Origin: a bacterium
GTDB lineage: Bacteria; Zhuqueibacterota; Zhuqueibacteria; Oceanimicrobiales; Oceanimicrobiaceae
DNA length: 24,424 nt
NCBI GenBank assembly: GCA_046757525.1
Contig: JBHHYI010000052.1
Span: 1 to 24,424 of the forward strand
Direction of reading: 5' to 3'
Shown here: positions 1-10,014 of the stretch, one piece after another
Numbering within the stretch: position 1 is the stretch's first letter
Layout of the letters: every line of letters starts with the position of its first letter
Notes under the pieces: model-generated
Databases searched by the model: none
Told to the model about the DNA's origin: nothing
The model's input: the letters and a program-made list of their open reading frames with translations, nothing else
Made by a program: the position numbers and the translations under genes

Positions 1-2
1 AG

Positions 3-779
3 GCTGAGAAGCTAACAGCGCAGGGGGTCAAGGAACTCATCCTGGTGGCGCAGGATACCACCATCTACGGTCAAGACCTTTACGGCAGCAAGCAACTGGT
101 GCCGCTGCTGGAACGCCTGTCACAAATCGACGGCCTGCGCTGGATTCGACTGCTTTACACCTATCCGGCCCATTTTAGCGACGCTCTGATCGATGTCATG
201 GCGGAACAGGACAACATTTGCAGCTACGTCGACCTGCCCATTCAGCATGCCTCGGACCGCATCCTCAAAGCGATGGCGCGCAAGGTCAAGCGGCGCGACC
301 TCGAACAAATCATCGATAAACTGAGAACGAAAATCCCCGACATCGCCATTCGCACTTCGCTGATCGTCGGATTCCCCGGAGAAACGGCGCAGGATTTCCG
401 CGAAATGGTCGATTTTGTTGAAAGAATTCGTTTTGAAAGGTTAGGCGTCTTCACTTACTCGAGAGAGGAAGGCACCCCGTCCTACGATTTTACCGGCCAG
501 GTACCTGACAGCGTGAAACGGGAAAGATGGTCAGAACTGATGGACGTGCAGGCTGAGATTTCCCATGAGGTCAATCGACGACGCATCGGAACGGTTGCTG
601 AGGTGTTGGTCGACGGGTACAATCCGGAAACAAATACGTGCGTGGGGCGCACTGCATGGGACTGTCCCGGAATAGATAATTCGATTGAGTTTGGCCGCAG
701 AGTTGAACCCGGCAGCTTTTGTCGAGTTAGAATTATGGGGTGCTCTGATTTTGAGCTAAAAGGCATCTTAGTCGATTGA
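3..779 (+). CDS. rimO: Ribosomal protein S12 methylthiotransferase RimO (5'-truncated by window edge)
   Basis: The frame is open from position 3 (AEKLTAQGVKELILVAQDTTIYG). It contains WIRLLYTYP, YVDLPIQH, IVGFPGET and GVFTYSREEGT plus a C-terminal TRAM-like segment (GRTAWDCPGIDN), typical of RimO-type radical SAM methylthiotransferases. Confidence 0.9.
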   Translation, partial: AEKLTAQGVKELILVAQDTTIYGQDLYGSKQLVPLLERLSQIDGLRWIRLLYTYPAHFSDALIDVMAEQDNICSYVDLPIQHASDRILKAMARKVKRRDLEQIIDKLRTKIPDIAIRTSLIVGFPGETAQDFREMVDFVERIRFERLGVFTYSREEGTPSYDFTGQVPDSVKRERWSELMDVQAEISHEVNRRRIGTVAEVLVDGYNPETNTCVGRTAWDCPGIDNSIEFGRRVEPGSFCRVRIMGCSDFELKGILVD

Positions 780-834
780 GACGCCTGGAATATAATCATT
801 TTGCAATACGCTTTTAGCGTTGGAGGACGTGGTC

Positions 835-2160
835 ATGCAAGAAAATGACTCAAAGACTTGGCTTTTAATCCTGGTGGGTATGCTTTCGCTTTTGCTAACA
901 GTAGGCAAGGCATATTCGCAAGCAGAGACTTCTCGTCCCAGACCCCGTAAGGAGACACTCAAGTTCAACTTAGACGCGACAAATATGAGGGCTGATTCTG
1001 CTAACTTAAGCCGTTTGGCATTGGTCGTCAAGGTGACGAATGAAGCCTTGCAATTCATCAGGACCAGGGATCGTAAATTTCGGGCCGATTACGAGATTTT
1101 AGTGGTAATAAAGAACAGTGCAGGCCAGGAAGTGGAAACGAGAAAAACCAAAGGCGCTGCTTTTGCTGACAATTTCAAGCAGACGGAGTCTATCCGTTTA
1201 GTCAATACCAGCAACATTAACTTTGACTTGCCGCCGGACAAGTATGAAGTGAGCGTCAGTGTAACCGACCTGGAAACTTCTAAACAAGGGGTAAAAAAAT
1301 TTACCGGCATCTTGAAAGACTTTTCATCCACAGAATTTGCGGTCAGCGACATCGTCTTTGCTGAGGCTGGCGTGGAAAAAGGGGACGGCGTTATTTATAT
1401 TCCACCGCAATCTGCCGAAACCACGCCCAACGGCGAAAGTTTGAACGCCTATTTTGAGGTGTACAACGTACCGGCCGGCGACAGCTTCATCGTTTCCTAC
1501 AAGATATTGGACTATGAACAGAAACCAATGGCTGAGGTGAGTTACCCAATCCAAAGTCAGGGCCCGGTTAGTAGAATCAATATCAGACTTGACGGCTCCG
1601 CATTGCCCCATGGACAATACGCGACCAAGTTGACCGTCAAACACAAGCAAGACTCAATCGATGTTGAGAAAGCACTCAATTGGCACTGGCGCGGGCTTCC
1701 AATCGCTTTTGACGATCTCTCAAAAGCTATCGATGCGCTGAGATATATCGCCTCTAAGGGTGAACTGAAGAAATTAAAGGCCGCCAAACACGACCAACAA
1801 CACGAAGCGTTCATGAAGTTTTGGGAAAGACGCGACCCGACCCCGGGCACGGCTGAAAATGAGCTTATGGAAGAATATTACCGAAGAATTCAATATGCGA
1901 ACGAGAATTTTTCCAGCAGTTTCAGGGAGGGCTGGAAGACCGATATGGGGATGGTCTACGTAAAGTTAGGGCCGCCAGATCAGGTGGAGCGGAACCCGTA
2001 CAATCAAAACCTTGCTTACTTTCCGGGCAGAACGATTAAAGCCCTTCAAGCCTGGACCTATTACAGCTACAATCGACAACTCGTGTTTTTTGATGAAAAC
2101 GGGTTTGGAGATTATCGTCTGGCCAATCCGGAAACCTTTTATAGTATGATCCGGGAATGA
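835..2160 (+). CDS. Secreted GWxTD domain-containing protein
   Basis: N-terminal signal peptide-like segment; C-terminal FWERRDPTPGTAENE..EEYYRRIQYAN..F...REGWKTDMGMVYVKLGPPD signature. Start placed at ATG 835 because GGAGG lies at 822-826. Confidence 0.85.
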   Translation: MQENDSKTWLLILVGMLSLLLTVGKAYSQAETSRPRPRKETLKFNLDATNMRADSANLSRLALVVKVTNEALQFIRTRDRKFRADYEILVVIKNSAGQEVETRKTKGAAFADNFKQTESIRLVNTSNINFDLPPDKYEVSVSVTDLETSKQGVKKFTGILKDFSSTEFAVSDIVFAEAGVEKGDGVIYIPPQSAETTPNGESLNAYFEVYNVPAGDSFIVSYKILDYEQKPMAEVSYPIQSQGPVSRINIRLDGSALPHGQYATKLTVKHKQDSIDVEKALNWHWRGLPIAFDDLSKAIDALRYIASKGELKKLKAAKHDQQHEAFMKFWERRDPTPGTAENELMEEYYRRIQYANENFSSSFREGWKTDMGMVYVKLGPPDQVERNPYNQNLAYFPGRTIKALQAWTYYSYNRQLVFFDENGFGDYRLANPETFYSMIRE

Positions 2161-2184
2161 TCCTAAGTCAGGTTACAGATTTCC

Positions 2185-3117
2185 TTGATCCTAAAGCCTA
2201 AAAAGCTAAAACGCGGCGATCTCGTCGGCGTGGTTGGGCCGGCGAGTCCCATGATCCGCAAGAGACTTGAAGCCGGCCGCCGGTATTTGGAGAAGCGTGG
2301 CTTCCGGGTGAAGTTGGCTGAGCATATTCAAGACGCGCACGGGTACCTGGCAGGACGAGATCGCGACCGCGCCAGCGATTTTAACCAGATGGTGCAGGAT
2401 CCGGAGGTTGCGGCAATTTTTTGCACCCGTGGCGGGTATGGCACGCCACGAATCCTGCCTCTGATCGATTACACAGCCCTCAAACAAAATCCCAAGATCA
2501 TTGTCGGTTACAGCGATATCACAGCGCTGCAACTGGCCATATTGGCGCAAGCAGGTCTGGTGTCCTTTTCTGGGCCTATGGTCGCTGTTGAAATGGGCAA
2601 GGGCATGCTGCCGTTCACGGAAAGCCATTTTTGGAAGCTGCTGACCGCGGCTGGGGAGAGAATAAGCTTTGTCCCGCAAAATAGTTCCCTGAACATTGTG
2701 AAACCGGGCTTCACCGAAGGGCGACTCCTTGGCGGATGTTTGTCCATGCTATGTTCGTTGTTGGGCACGCCTTATTGCCCCGATTTCAAGGATGCCATTT
2801 TGTTTCTTGAAGATGTGGGGGAAGAGCCGTACAAGATCGACCGTTACTTGACCCAATTGAAGCTGGCCGGAGTCTTACAGCAAATAAGTGGCCTGGTCTT
2901 CGGGCAGTTTGTAGACTGTGTTCCCCAAGGCCCGGGGGCCAGTCTAACCTTGCAGCAAGTTCTCGAGGACACCGTCTCGGACCTGTGTGTGCCTGTTTTG
3001 AGCGATTTGCCCTATGGTCACGTGGACGCCAAGTACACCCTGCCCATCGGGGTGCAAGCTCTATTGGATGCGCACCAGGGCTTGCTGCAATTGACCGAAG
3101 ATGCGGTGGTTTCGTAG
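2185..3117 (+). CDS. LD-carboxypeptidase (peptidase S66 family)
   Basis: RGGYG, GYSDIT (nucleophile Ser), LEDVGE (Glu) and GHV (His) triad motifs; TTG start. Confidence 0.9.
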   Translation: MILKPKKLKRGDLVGVVGPASPMIRKRLEAGRRYLEKRGFRVKLAEHIQDAHGYLAGRDRDRASDFNQMVQDPEVAAIFCTRGGYGTPRILPLIDYTALKQNPKIIVGYSDITALQLAILAQAGLVSFSGPMVAVEMGKGMLPFTESHFWKLLTAAGERISFVPQNSSLNIVKPGFTEGRLLGGCLSMLCSLLGTPYCPDFKDAILFLEDVGEEPYKIDRYLTQLKLAGVLQQISGLVFGQFVDCVPQGPGASLTLQQVLEDTVSDLCVPVLSDLPYGHVDAKYTLPIGVQALLDAHQGLLQLTEDAVVS

Positions 3118-3156
3118 AATTCATGCTTTACCTTTGGAGCAAGGAGAGGCCGGACG

Positions 3157-3810
3157 TTGGACCCATTGAGAGTCGGAGTTTTTGCTTCTGGACGTGGTTC
3201 TAATTTGGAAGCTTTGCTCAAAGCAATTGAACGGGGGCGCTTGAATGCAACGATCGTCCTGGTTGTCAGCAACAATGCGCAAGCCGGGGCGTTGCAGGTG
3301 GGCAGAAGGCATGGCATTCTCGCTTTGCACCTGGCGCAGGAAAACTTTGCCTCTCAGGAAGCGTTTGACCAGTCCCTCCTAAATGCCCTAACAGAACACG
3401 AGGTGGAAGTCATAGCCCTGGCCGGATATTTAAAAAAGATTAGTGCGAAGATCATTCGAGAATTCAAGCACCGCATTTTGAACATCCATCCGGCACTTTT
3501 ACCGGCATTTGGTGGCAAAGGCATGTACGGCATGAAAGTTCACCAGGCAGTGCTCGACTACGGCTGCAAAGTTTCCGGGGTAACCGTGCATCTGGTGGAT
3601 GAAGGATACGACACCGGCCCGCCAGTTTTGCAGCGATGTGTGCCGGTCAAAGACGATGACACCGCGGAGAGCCTGGCTGCCAGAGTGCTGAACGTGGAGC
3701 ACGAAATTTACGCTCAGGCTCTGCAACTCTTTGCCGAAGGCCGCGTGCAGGTGCGAGATCGAAGAGTATTTGTTAAACCGGGGTCAGGAGAACCTGGATT
3801 CGGACCTTGA
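3157..3810 (+). CDS. purN: Phosphoribosylglycinamide formyltransferase
   Basis: SGRGSNL, LAGYLK, NIHPALLPAFGG, GVTVHLVDEGYDTGP motifs; AAGGAGAGG upstream of the TTG start. Confidence 0.95.
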   Translation: MDPLRVGVFASGRGSNLEALLKAIERGRLNATIVLVVSNNAQAGALQVGRRHGILALHLAQENFASQEAFDQSLLNALTEHEVEVIALAGYLKKISAKIIREFKHRILNIHPALLPAFGGKGMYGMKVHQAVLDYGCKVSGVTVHLVDEGYDTGPPVLQRCVPVKDDDTAESLAARVLNVEHEIYAQALQLFAEGRVQVRDRRVFVKPGSGEPGFGP

Positions 3811-3997
3811 ACGCTGAGGCACGTGGTTCAAAAACTGCACGGCTTGCACCCAAATGCAGACGTTTCAGGAGCAAGGGTCAAATCACAAGAAGCCACCAGT
3901 TACCATTGATCAAATCCGTATTCCATCGACGTAAATCCGTAGCATCTTCATTCTTAGCCTGAATCATTCAGTTGCGCGCTCAAGGTGTGAAAATTGC

Positions 3998-4026
3998 TTG
4001 TTAATTGTCCTTTGGTTTCTTATCTT
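3998..4026 (+). promoter_or_regulatory. Candidate sigma70-type promoter for purH-mre operon
   Basis: TTGTTA (3998-4003), N17, TATCTT (4021-4026). Confidence 0.4.
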
Positions 4027-4064
4027 CACCAGGGAGTTATTTTAGCCTGAAACACAAATGAAAC

Positions 4065-4122
4065 TTAAGTAAGACAAACGTCTCGTTTGTCAATTTAGTA
4101 AAACAAACATCTCGTTTGTCAG
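4065..4122. repeat. Tandem 29-bp direct repeat, each unit containing a 19-bp palindrome
   Basis: TTAAGTAAGACAAACGTCTCGTTTGTCAA (4065-4093) and TTTAGTAAAACAAACATCTCGTTTGTCAG (4094-4122), 25/29 identical. The core GACAAACG-TCT-CGTTTGTC (4073-4091) is a perfect inverted repeat. Confidence 0.85.
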
Positions 4123-4169
4123 CGCCCCCAATTGAGAGATTTCCACCTACTCGAGGAGGATGCCACAAA

Positions 4170-5729
4170 ATGCCCAAAATAGGCCGGGCCTTGCTCAGCG
4201 TTTACGATAAAACCGGAATCGTTGAACTTGCAAACGGATTGCAAAAGTTCGACGTTGAAATATTGTCCACAGGCGGCACCGCTGCGCATTTACAGCACCA
4301 TGGGATTCAGACGCGGTCGATTTCGGAGATCACGCAATTTCCGGAGATTTTGGATGGCCGGGTGAAAACCCTGCACCCGAAAATCTTCGGTGGTTTGTTG
4401 ACCGTTCGGGAAAACCCCGAGCAAGTTGAAGAAGCGCAACAACACGGCATCGAATTCATCGACCTGGTGGCCGTTAACCTGTATCCCTTCGAAGAGACCG
4501 TTGCCAAAGCTGGCGTGACCTTGTTGCAGGCGATGGAAAATATCGACATTGGCGGGCCGAGTATGATTCGGGCCGCAGCAAAAAATTACCTGTCTGTTGC
4601 GGTGGTGACCTCTCCCGACCAGTACCAAGCCGTGTTGACGGAGTTAAAGAAGCAGCAGGGGCAGGTTTCGTTAGAGCTACGCAAGAAATTAGCGGCGGCT
4701 GCTTTTGCCAGGACCCAGCGCTACGACGCTGCCATCAGTCGTTACTTATCCGACGGTGAGCTCCAGGACCGCTTTCCCGACCACCTTGCTTTACAACTGG
4801 AAAAAGTGCAAACCTTGCGCTACGGTGAAAATCCGCACCAGAAGGCAGCCTTTTACCGAGAGCCTGGTGCCGACGCCGGCGGTCTGACGCGTGCCAGGCA
4901 GTTACACGGCAAGGAGCTTTCTTTTAACAATCTAATGGACCTGGACGCAGCTTTAAACATCGTGCAGGAATTCGACGAGCCGTGCGTAGTGGTCCTCAAG
5001 CACACCAATCCCTGTGGCGTGGCGGTCAGTGGGACGCTGAGTGAGGCCTACGCACACGCGCGGGCGACGGACCCTGTTTCGGCCTTTGGCGGCATTGTGG
5101 GGCTGAACCGGACTCTGGACCTTGCCACGGCAAAAGCGATTTCTGAGGTGTTTACCGAGGCTGTCATCGCGCCGGGTTATTTGCCAGAAGCGCTTGAACT
5201 CCTCAAGTCGAAGAAGAACCTGAGGCTCATTGAATGTGCTGAGGCAAGCCCATCACCTTCCGAATCGTTGGATATCAAGCGCGTGCTGGGTGGTGCCCTT
5301 TTGCAGGAGCGCGATTTGCCGAGCTTAAAAGCGCCCGAGTTTGAGGTCGTTACCCAACGTCAGCCGTCGGAAACTGAGTGGGCGGCCATGAAGTTCGGCT
5401 GGCGCGTGGTCAAGTGGGTCAAATCCAACGCGGTCGTTTTTACCGACCACAGTCGCACCCTTGGGATTGGCGCCGGGCAGATGTCGCGGGTGGATTCATC
5501 TTTGTTTGCTGTGGACAAAGCCGGCAGGATGGGGTTGGAGCTAAAGGGTAGCGCGGTCGCATCGGATGCCTTTTTCCCGTTTCGCGATGGGGTGGACGCT
5601 GCTGCACAAGCGGGCGCCACGGCGGTCATTCAGCCCGGAGGTTCCATTCGCGACCAGGAAGTCATTCAGGCGGCCGATGAGCACAACATGACCATGGTCT
5701 TTACCCACGTACGCCACTTTCGACATTAA
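4170..5729 (+). CDS. purH: Bifunctional AICAR transformylase / IMP cyclohydrolase
   Basis: [61 protein letters not shown] at 4170 follows GAGGAGG (4153-4159), so the ORF track's 4116 start is likely too long. Confidence 0.97.
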   Translation: MPKIGRALLSVYDKTGIVELANGLQKFDVEILSTGGTAAHLQHHGIQTRSISEITQFPEILDGRVKTLHPKIFGGLLTVRENPEQVEEAQQHGIEFIDLVAVNLYPFEETVAKAGVTLLQAMENIDIGGPSMIRAAAKNYLSVAVVTSPDQYQAVLTELKKQQGQVSLELRKKLAAAAFARTQRYDAAISRYLSDGELQDRFPDHLALQLEKVQTLRYGENPHQKAAFYREPGADAGGLTRARQLHGKELSFNNLMDLDAALNIVQEFDEPCVVVLKHTNPCGVAVSGTLSEAYAHARATDPVSAFGGIVGLNRTLDLATAKAISEVFTEAVIAPGYLPEALELLKSKKNLRLIECAEASPSPSESLDIKRVLGGALLQERDLPSLKAPEFEVVTQRQPSETEWAAMKFGWRVVKWVKSNAVVFTDHSRTLGIGAGQMSRVDSSLFAVDKAGRMGLELKGSAVASDAFFPFRDGVDAAAQAGATAVIQPGGSIRDQEVIQAADEHNMTMVFTHVRHFRH

Positions 5730-5778
5730 CAGGTAAGTCCGGGCACAGGAATCAAGAAGGGAAAGAACCGATCTAACC

Positions 5779-6825
5779 ATGCGATCCAATTTTTTTCAAT
5801 CACTCCGCAGCAGTTTTTTTACCAATGACATTGCAATCGATCTTGGCACGGCCAATACTCTGGTTTTCGTCAAAGGCAACGGCATCGTGATCAATGAGCC
5901 TTCCATCGTTGCGGTGAGGAAGAGCGATCAGACTATCGTGGCTCACGGCTTGGATGCCAAAACCATGATGGGCCGAACGCCAGAAGAGCTGGTCACCGTG
6001 CGACCGTTGAAGGATGGGGTCATCGCCGATTTCGATCTGGCAGAGAAGATGATCCGGCACTTCGTGAAGAAGGTGCAGCCAAATCGCTTGATTCGACCGA
6101 GGATTGCAATCTGCATTCCCACCGGCATCACAGAAGTCGAAAGGCGGGCGGTGCGCGATTCTGCCGAGCACGCCGGGGGCCGTGAAATCTATTTGATTAA
6201 CGAGCCGATGGCCGCGGCCATCGGGGTAGACCTGCCCATCGAGGAGCCGGTGGGCAGCATGGTCATCGACGTCGGCGGTGGCACCACGGAAATTGCCGTG
6301 ATTTCGCTTGCGGGAATCGTTACCGACATCTCCATTCGCATTGGCGGTGACGAAATGAACGAAGCCATCATGCAGTATTTCAAGAAATTGCATAATCTAC
6401 TAATCGGCGAAAACACGGCCGAAGCCATCAAGATAAACATGGGTACGGCGGCACCTTATGAAGCAGACGGCGCCATGAGCGTTAAGGGCCGGGACCTGGT
6501 TGCCGGCATCCCCAAAACCGTGGAAGTGCACGCCAAGGAGATTCAAGATGCGTTGGCAGAAACCGTTGGGTACATCATCGAGGCCGTCAAGCTCTGTCTG
6601 GAACGGACCCCGCCGGAGTTGGCTTCCGACATCCTGGACCGGGGGATCGTGTTGACCGGCGGCGGTGCCTTGCTCACCGGCCTGGACGACCGGCTGCGCC
6701 TGGAAACCGAACTGCCCATAATCGTGGCCGAGGATCCACTCACCTGCGTGGTAAAAGGGACAGGCAGAATATTTGATAATCTGAATGGTTACCGAAAAGT
6801 ATTGAGTCACATAAAAAAGTATTGA
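5779..6825 (+). CDS. mreB: Rod shape-determining protein MreB
   Basis: IDLGTANTL, RPLKDGVIADF, EPMAAAIG, DVGGGTTE, LTGGGALL. Confidence 0.97.
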   Translation: MRSNFFQSLRSSFFTNDIAIDLGTANTLVFVKGNGIVINEPSIVAVRKSDQTIVAHGLDAKTMMGRTPEELVTVRPLKDGVIADFDLAEKMIRHFVKKVQPNRLIRPRIAICIPTGITEVERRAVRDSAEHAGGREIYLINEPMAAAIGVDLPIEEPVGSMVIDVGGGTTEIAVISLAGIVTDISIRIGGDEMNEAIMQYFKKLHNLLIGENTAEAIKINMGTAAPYEADGAMSVKGRDLVAGIPKTVEVHAKEIQDALAETVGYIIEAVKLCLERTPPELASDILDRGIVLTGGGALLTGLDDRLRLETELPIIVAEDPLTCVVKGTGRIFDNLNGYRKVLSHIKKY

Positions 6826-6826
6826 G

Positions 6827-7636
6827 ATGCGACTGCTGCATGAATGGATCAGGCACCGCAAAGAGGCTCTCACCTTCCTAGGGACCATCGTGTTTTCTTT
6901 AACTCTGATGTTCAACAACGATGTCACCCAAATCCGGACTATCAAAGCGTGGACAGTTGGGTCCGTTGGTTATTTGTTAGACAAGCTGACGGTGATCAAA
7001 AAAATCACCAATACCTACCAGGAGAACGAGTGGCTGCGCAAAAAGAACGCTGAATTGATGCTCGAAAATGCGCGACTCAAAGAAGCGCGTTTTGAAAACG
7101 AGCGCCTGAGAAAGCTGTTGGCGTTCAAACCTGAGAGTCAATTAGATCTGATTCCTGCCAAAGTCCTCGGTCGTGGCGGCAGTGGCTTCATCAATTCGAT
7201 TCTGGTTTCTATCGGTAGCTCTGACGGTGTCAAGCGGAACATGCCCATCGTCACGGCTCAGGGCGTGGTCGGCAAATTGTTGATTGTGGGGCGCCAATAT
7301 TCGACGGCGCAATTATTGTTAGACCGAAATTTCAGATTGAGCGTGATGGTGCAGCGCAGCCGGGTTTCCGGCATCCTGACTTGGCGCGAAGGCAACACGG
7401 TGTCCATGGCCGCCGTGCCCAAACGTTCGGATGTCAAGGTAGGCGACCCGGTGGTCACCTCGGGATACAGTTCCATTTTCCCCAAAGGCTTGACTGTGGG
7501 AGTCGTTTCAGACGTCCAGGAAAACATGATGGAGATGTTTATGAAAATAGTCGTCAAGCCTCAGGTTGATTTTACCAAATTGGAAGAAGTTTTTGTAATC
7601 CGGAATCGGAAGTCTTTGACCGCAAGCGACCAATGA
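6827..7636 (+). CDS. mreC: Rod shape-determining protein MreC
   Basis: N-terminal TM segment, coiled coil (ENERLRKLL), GVKRNMPIV, GDPVVTSG..IFPKGL; follows mreB. Confidence 0.93.
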   Translation: MRLLHEWIRHRKEALTFLGTIVFSLTLMFNNDVTQIRTIKAWTVGSVGYLLDKLTVIKKITNTYQENEWLRKKNAELMLENARLKEARFENERLRKLLAFKPESQLDLIPAKVLGRGGSGFINSILVSIGSSDGVKRNMPIVTAQGVVGKLLIVGRQYSTAQLLLDRNFRLSVMVQRSRVSGILTWREGNTVSMAAVPKRSDVKVGDPVVTSGYSSIFPKGLTVGVVSDVQENMMEMFMKIVVKPQVDFTKLEEVFVIRNRKSLTASDQ

Positions 7637-8124
7637 GTATACTGGCTTATGGGCTCCTGTTTGTCCTTTCTCTCCTTGTTCAACTAAAAATCGTCCCTCT
7701 TTTTTCCATCAACGAAACTACACCAGATTTGATCCTGATCGTGGTGATTGCTGTGGCGTTCAGGAAAGGGCAGCTCTGGGGCGCGCTCAGCGGATGCGTG
7801 GTGGGGCTGTTTTGGGACGTTTTGGGAACAGAATTCGTAGGTCTATCGGCTTTGTGCAAGGCTATTGCGGGCTACACCGCCGGGTTTTTTGCTCACGAAC
7901 AGGTCGAGAGGAGCTTCGGCACATTGGTTGGTCTCCTAATCATGACGATTCTCATCCATGATTTTGTTTACTATTCGATCATGTCCATCGGCCTCTCGAT
8001 GAATTGGTGGCAGATGTTTTTCAGGTACATTCTTTTCAAAACCACCTACACCTTTGTCATCGCATTGGCAATCCATTTAGCGTGGCCAACCGGGCTTTGG
8101 GGCCACGCGAGACGATTTGAATAA
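7633..8124 (+). CDS. mreD: Rod shape-determining protein MreD
   Basis: Small polytopic membrane protein with PDLILI and GLFWDVL motifs; ATGA overlap with mreC. Confidence 0.88.
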   Translation: MSILAYGLLFVLSLLVQLKIVPLFSINETTPDLILIVVIAVAFRKGQLWGALSGCVVGLFWDVLGTEFVGLSALCKAIAGYTAGFFAHEQVERSFGTLVGLLIMTILIHDFVYYSIMSIGLSMNWWQMFFRYILFKTTYTFVIALAIHLAWPTGLWGHARRFE

Positions 8125-8151
8125 CGCTTCCGAGAAAAGAGTACTGGTGCA

Positions 8152-9954
8152 ATGGAAACCAATTTGGAGAACAAGAAGAGATTTTACACGCTGTTCATCA
8201 TTTTGTTATTTGCCATTCTGATTGGACGGTTTGCCCAGCTTCAGCTTTATGAATGGGACAAATACTACCGCCAATCCGAGAGGAATCGCGTTCGGGAGAT
8301 CGTTACCGATGCGCCGCGGGGACTCATCCTCGACCGAAAGGGGGAAATCCTGGTGGACAACCACCCGGCTTATTCGGTCTCGGTGGTGCCCTACGAGTTC
8401 TTGAATTCAGACAGCACTCTGGCTTTGTTCTCGGAAATCATGCACCTGGACCCGGCAAATCTAAAGCAGACTATTCAAAAGAAGAAGGTCGGTGATTTTA
8501 CCCCAATTAGAATCAAAAGACAAATTGATCTCCAAACCCTTGGCCACATTGAAGAATTCAAACTGGATTTGCCCGGCGTGCTTTACAATACTGAATCCAA
8601 ACGGTATTATCCGGCGGGCATCAAAGCGCCCCATTTATTTGGCTATTTGGGAGAAATCACCGCGGATGAATTGTCCAAACGCAAAGCGCAGGGCTACAAG
8701 TTGGGTGATTTGATCGGCAAGAATGGCATCGAGTTGCAGTATGAGTCTCGATTGCGTGGCAAGCCAGGGGTGCAATATGTGGAAGTAGACGCCGTGGGAA
8801 GAGAAATCAGGGATCTGCCTGAGCTGTCACGGCAAAAACCGGTGCCCGGGCAAAATATCTATTTGACCATCGATGCAGGAATTCAGCGATACTTAGAAAA
8901 GGCGATGGCCGACAAAAAGGGGGCCGCCGTGGTGTTGGATCCCAGAAACGGCGAGGTCCTGGCTTTGCTGAGCAAACCGGATTACGAGCCCGAGCTGTTT
9001 TCCAATCCATTAGCCGATGAAATTTGGAACCAACTCGCGGTGGCAGAAGGCCACCCATTGTACAACCGTGCCTGCCAGAGCGTGTACCCGCCGGGGTCAA
9101 CCTACAAATTGGTTCTGGCCGCTGCCGGCCTGGAGACCGGAATCCTCGATCCCGAACGCTCCGTTCTGTGCACCGGCGCTTACCGTCTTGGCCGCCGAAA
9201 TTTTGACTGCTGGAAAAAAGGAGGCCACGGCGAAGTAAATCTGGTCAAGGCCATTGAACAATCGTGCAATGTTTATTTTTACACCATGAGCCTGGAGGTG
9301 GGTTTGGCCAACTGGAGCAAGTATTCGCGGCTGTTCCATTTTGGCGTGAAAACCTTCCTGGACCTGCCCAACGAAAGCAGCGGACTCGTGCCGGACCAGC
9401 GCTATCTGGATGAACGCTACGGTGCCGGTGGCTGGACACAGGGACTGTTGCTAAATTTGGCCGTGGGCCAGGGGGACCTACTCACCACCCCCCTGCAAAT
9501 GTCTTATTTTGCCATGCTCATTGCCAACGAGGGCGTGGCTTACAAGCCACATCTGGTGCGGCGGTTTGAGAATCCGGCCACCGGTGAAACCACGCCCGCG
9601 AGAATCGTTGCCTCTCGGGTCAACCATATTTCCACGGACACTTATCGCAGGCTGAAGCAGGGCATGTACCGGGTGGTGAACGGAGAACATGGCACGGGCC
9701 GGGCCGCCTGGGTTTCCGGAGCCAAAGTTTGCGGAAAAACAGGCACGGCGCAGAATCCACACGGCAAGTCTCATGCCTGGTTTATTGGGTTCGCTCCGCT
9801 TGAGAATCCTCGCGTAGCGCTGTGTGTGTTGGTTGAGAACGGTGGGTCCGGAGGCGCGGTGGCCGCGCCAATTGCCCGGGGCGTTTTCGCCAGAATCTTT
9901 GACGAAAAGTCCACCACTTTTGCGGAGAACAAGCGGGGTGGGATTCACAATTAA
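8152..9954 (+). CDS. mrdA: Penicillin-binding protein 2
   Basis: APRGLILDR, PGSTYK (SxxK), SCN (SxN) and KTG motifs; between mreD and rodA. Confidence 0.95.
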   Translation: METNLENKKRFYTLFIILLFAILIGRFAQLQLYEWDKYYRQSERNRVREIVTDAPRGLILDRKGEILVDNHPAYSVSVVPYEFLNSDSTLALFSEIMHLDPANLKQTIQKKKVGDFTPIRIKRQIDLQTLGHIEEFKLDLPGVLYNTESKRYYPAGIKAPHLFGYLGEITADELSKRKAQGYKLGDLIGKNGIELQYESRLRGKPGVQYVEVDAVGREIRDLPELSRQKPVPGQNIYLTIDAGIQRYLEKAMADKKGAAVVLDPRNGEVLALLSKPDYEPELFSNPLADEIWNQLAVAEGHPLYNRACQSVYPPGSTYKLVLAAAGLETGILDPERSVLCTGAYRLGRRNFDCWKKGGHGEVNLVKAIEQSCNVYFYTMSLEVGLANWSKYSRLFHFGVKTFLDLPNESSGLVPDQRYLDERYGAGGWTQGLLLNLAVGQGDLLTTPLQMSYFAMLIANEGVAYKPHLVRRFENPATGETTPARIVASRVNHISTDTYRRLKQGMYRVVNGEHGTGRAAWVSGAKVCGKTGTAQNPHGKSHAWFIGFAPLENPRVALCVLVENGGSGGAVAAPIARGVFARIFDEKSTTFAENKRGGIHN

Positions 9955-10014
9955 AATAGGTTAAACCAACGTCACCCTTCCCGGAGAAGGTCAGCGTTTC
10001 CTGATGAGGCAGCC

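Noticed and set aside
791..796. TATAAT as promoter for the GWxTD gene
   Set aside because: No properly spaced -35 or extended -10 TG; too weak to list.
3854..3934. 26-aa ORF MQTFQEQGSNHKKPPVTIDQIRIPST as a leader peptide
   Set aside because: No RBS, no telling codon bias, and it lies upstream of the candidate purH promoter.
3912..3941. AAATCCGTA repeated with 21-bp period
   Set aside because: Only two 9-mers; plausible by chance and without supporting context.
4065..4122. Mini CRISPR array
   Set aside because: The repeats are directly adjacent with no spacer, there are only two units, and no cas genes are present.
3811..4169. ZTP (pfl) or purine riboswitch upstream of purH
   Set aside because: Expected from context, but I could not find the conserved GACTGGCG / CGCCTGGGC-type cores. 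An Infernal scan would be decisive.
6795..6826. AAAAGTATTGAG direct repeat at the mreB 3' end
   Set aside because: A short 12-bp duplication with both mreB and mreC intact; no evidence of function or of an insertion.
5800..6945. Long minus-strand ORFs (197 and 181 aa) and the other antisense or alternate-frame ORFs in the track
   Set aside because: They overlap well-conserved + strand genes entirely and show no motifs; shadow ORFs.
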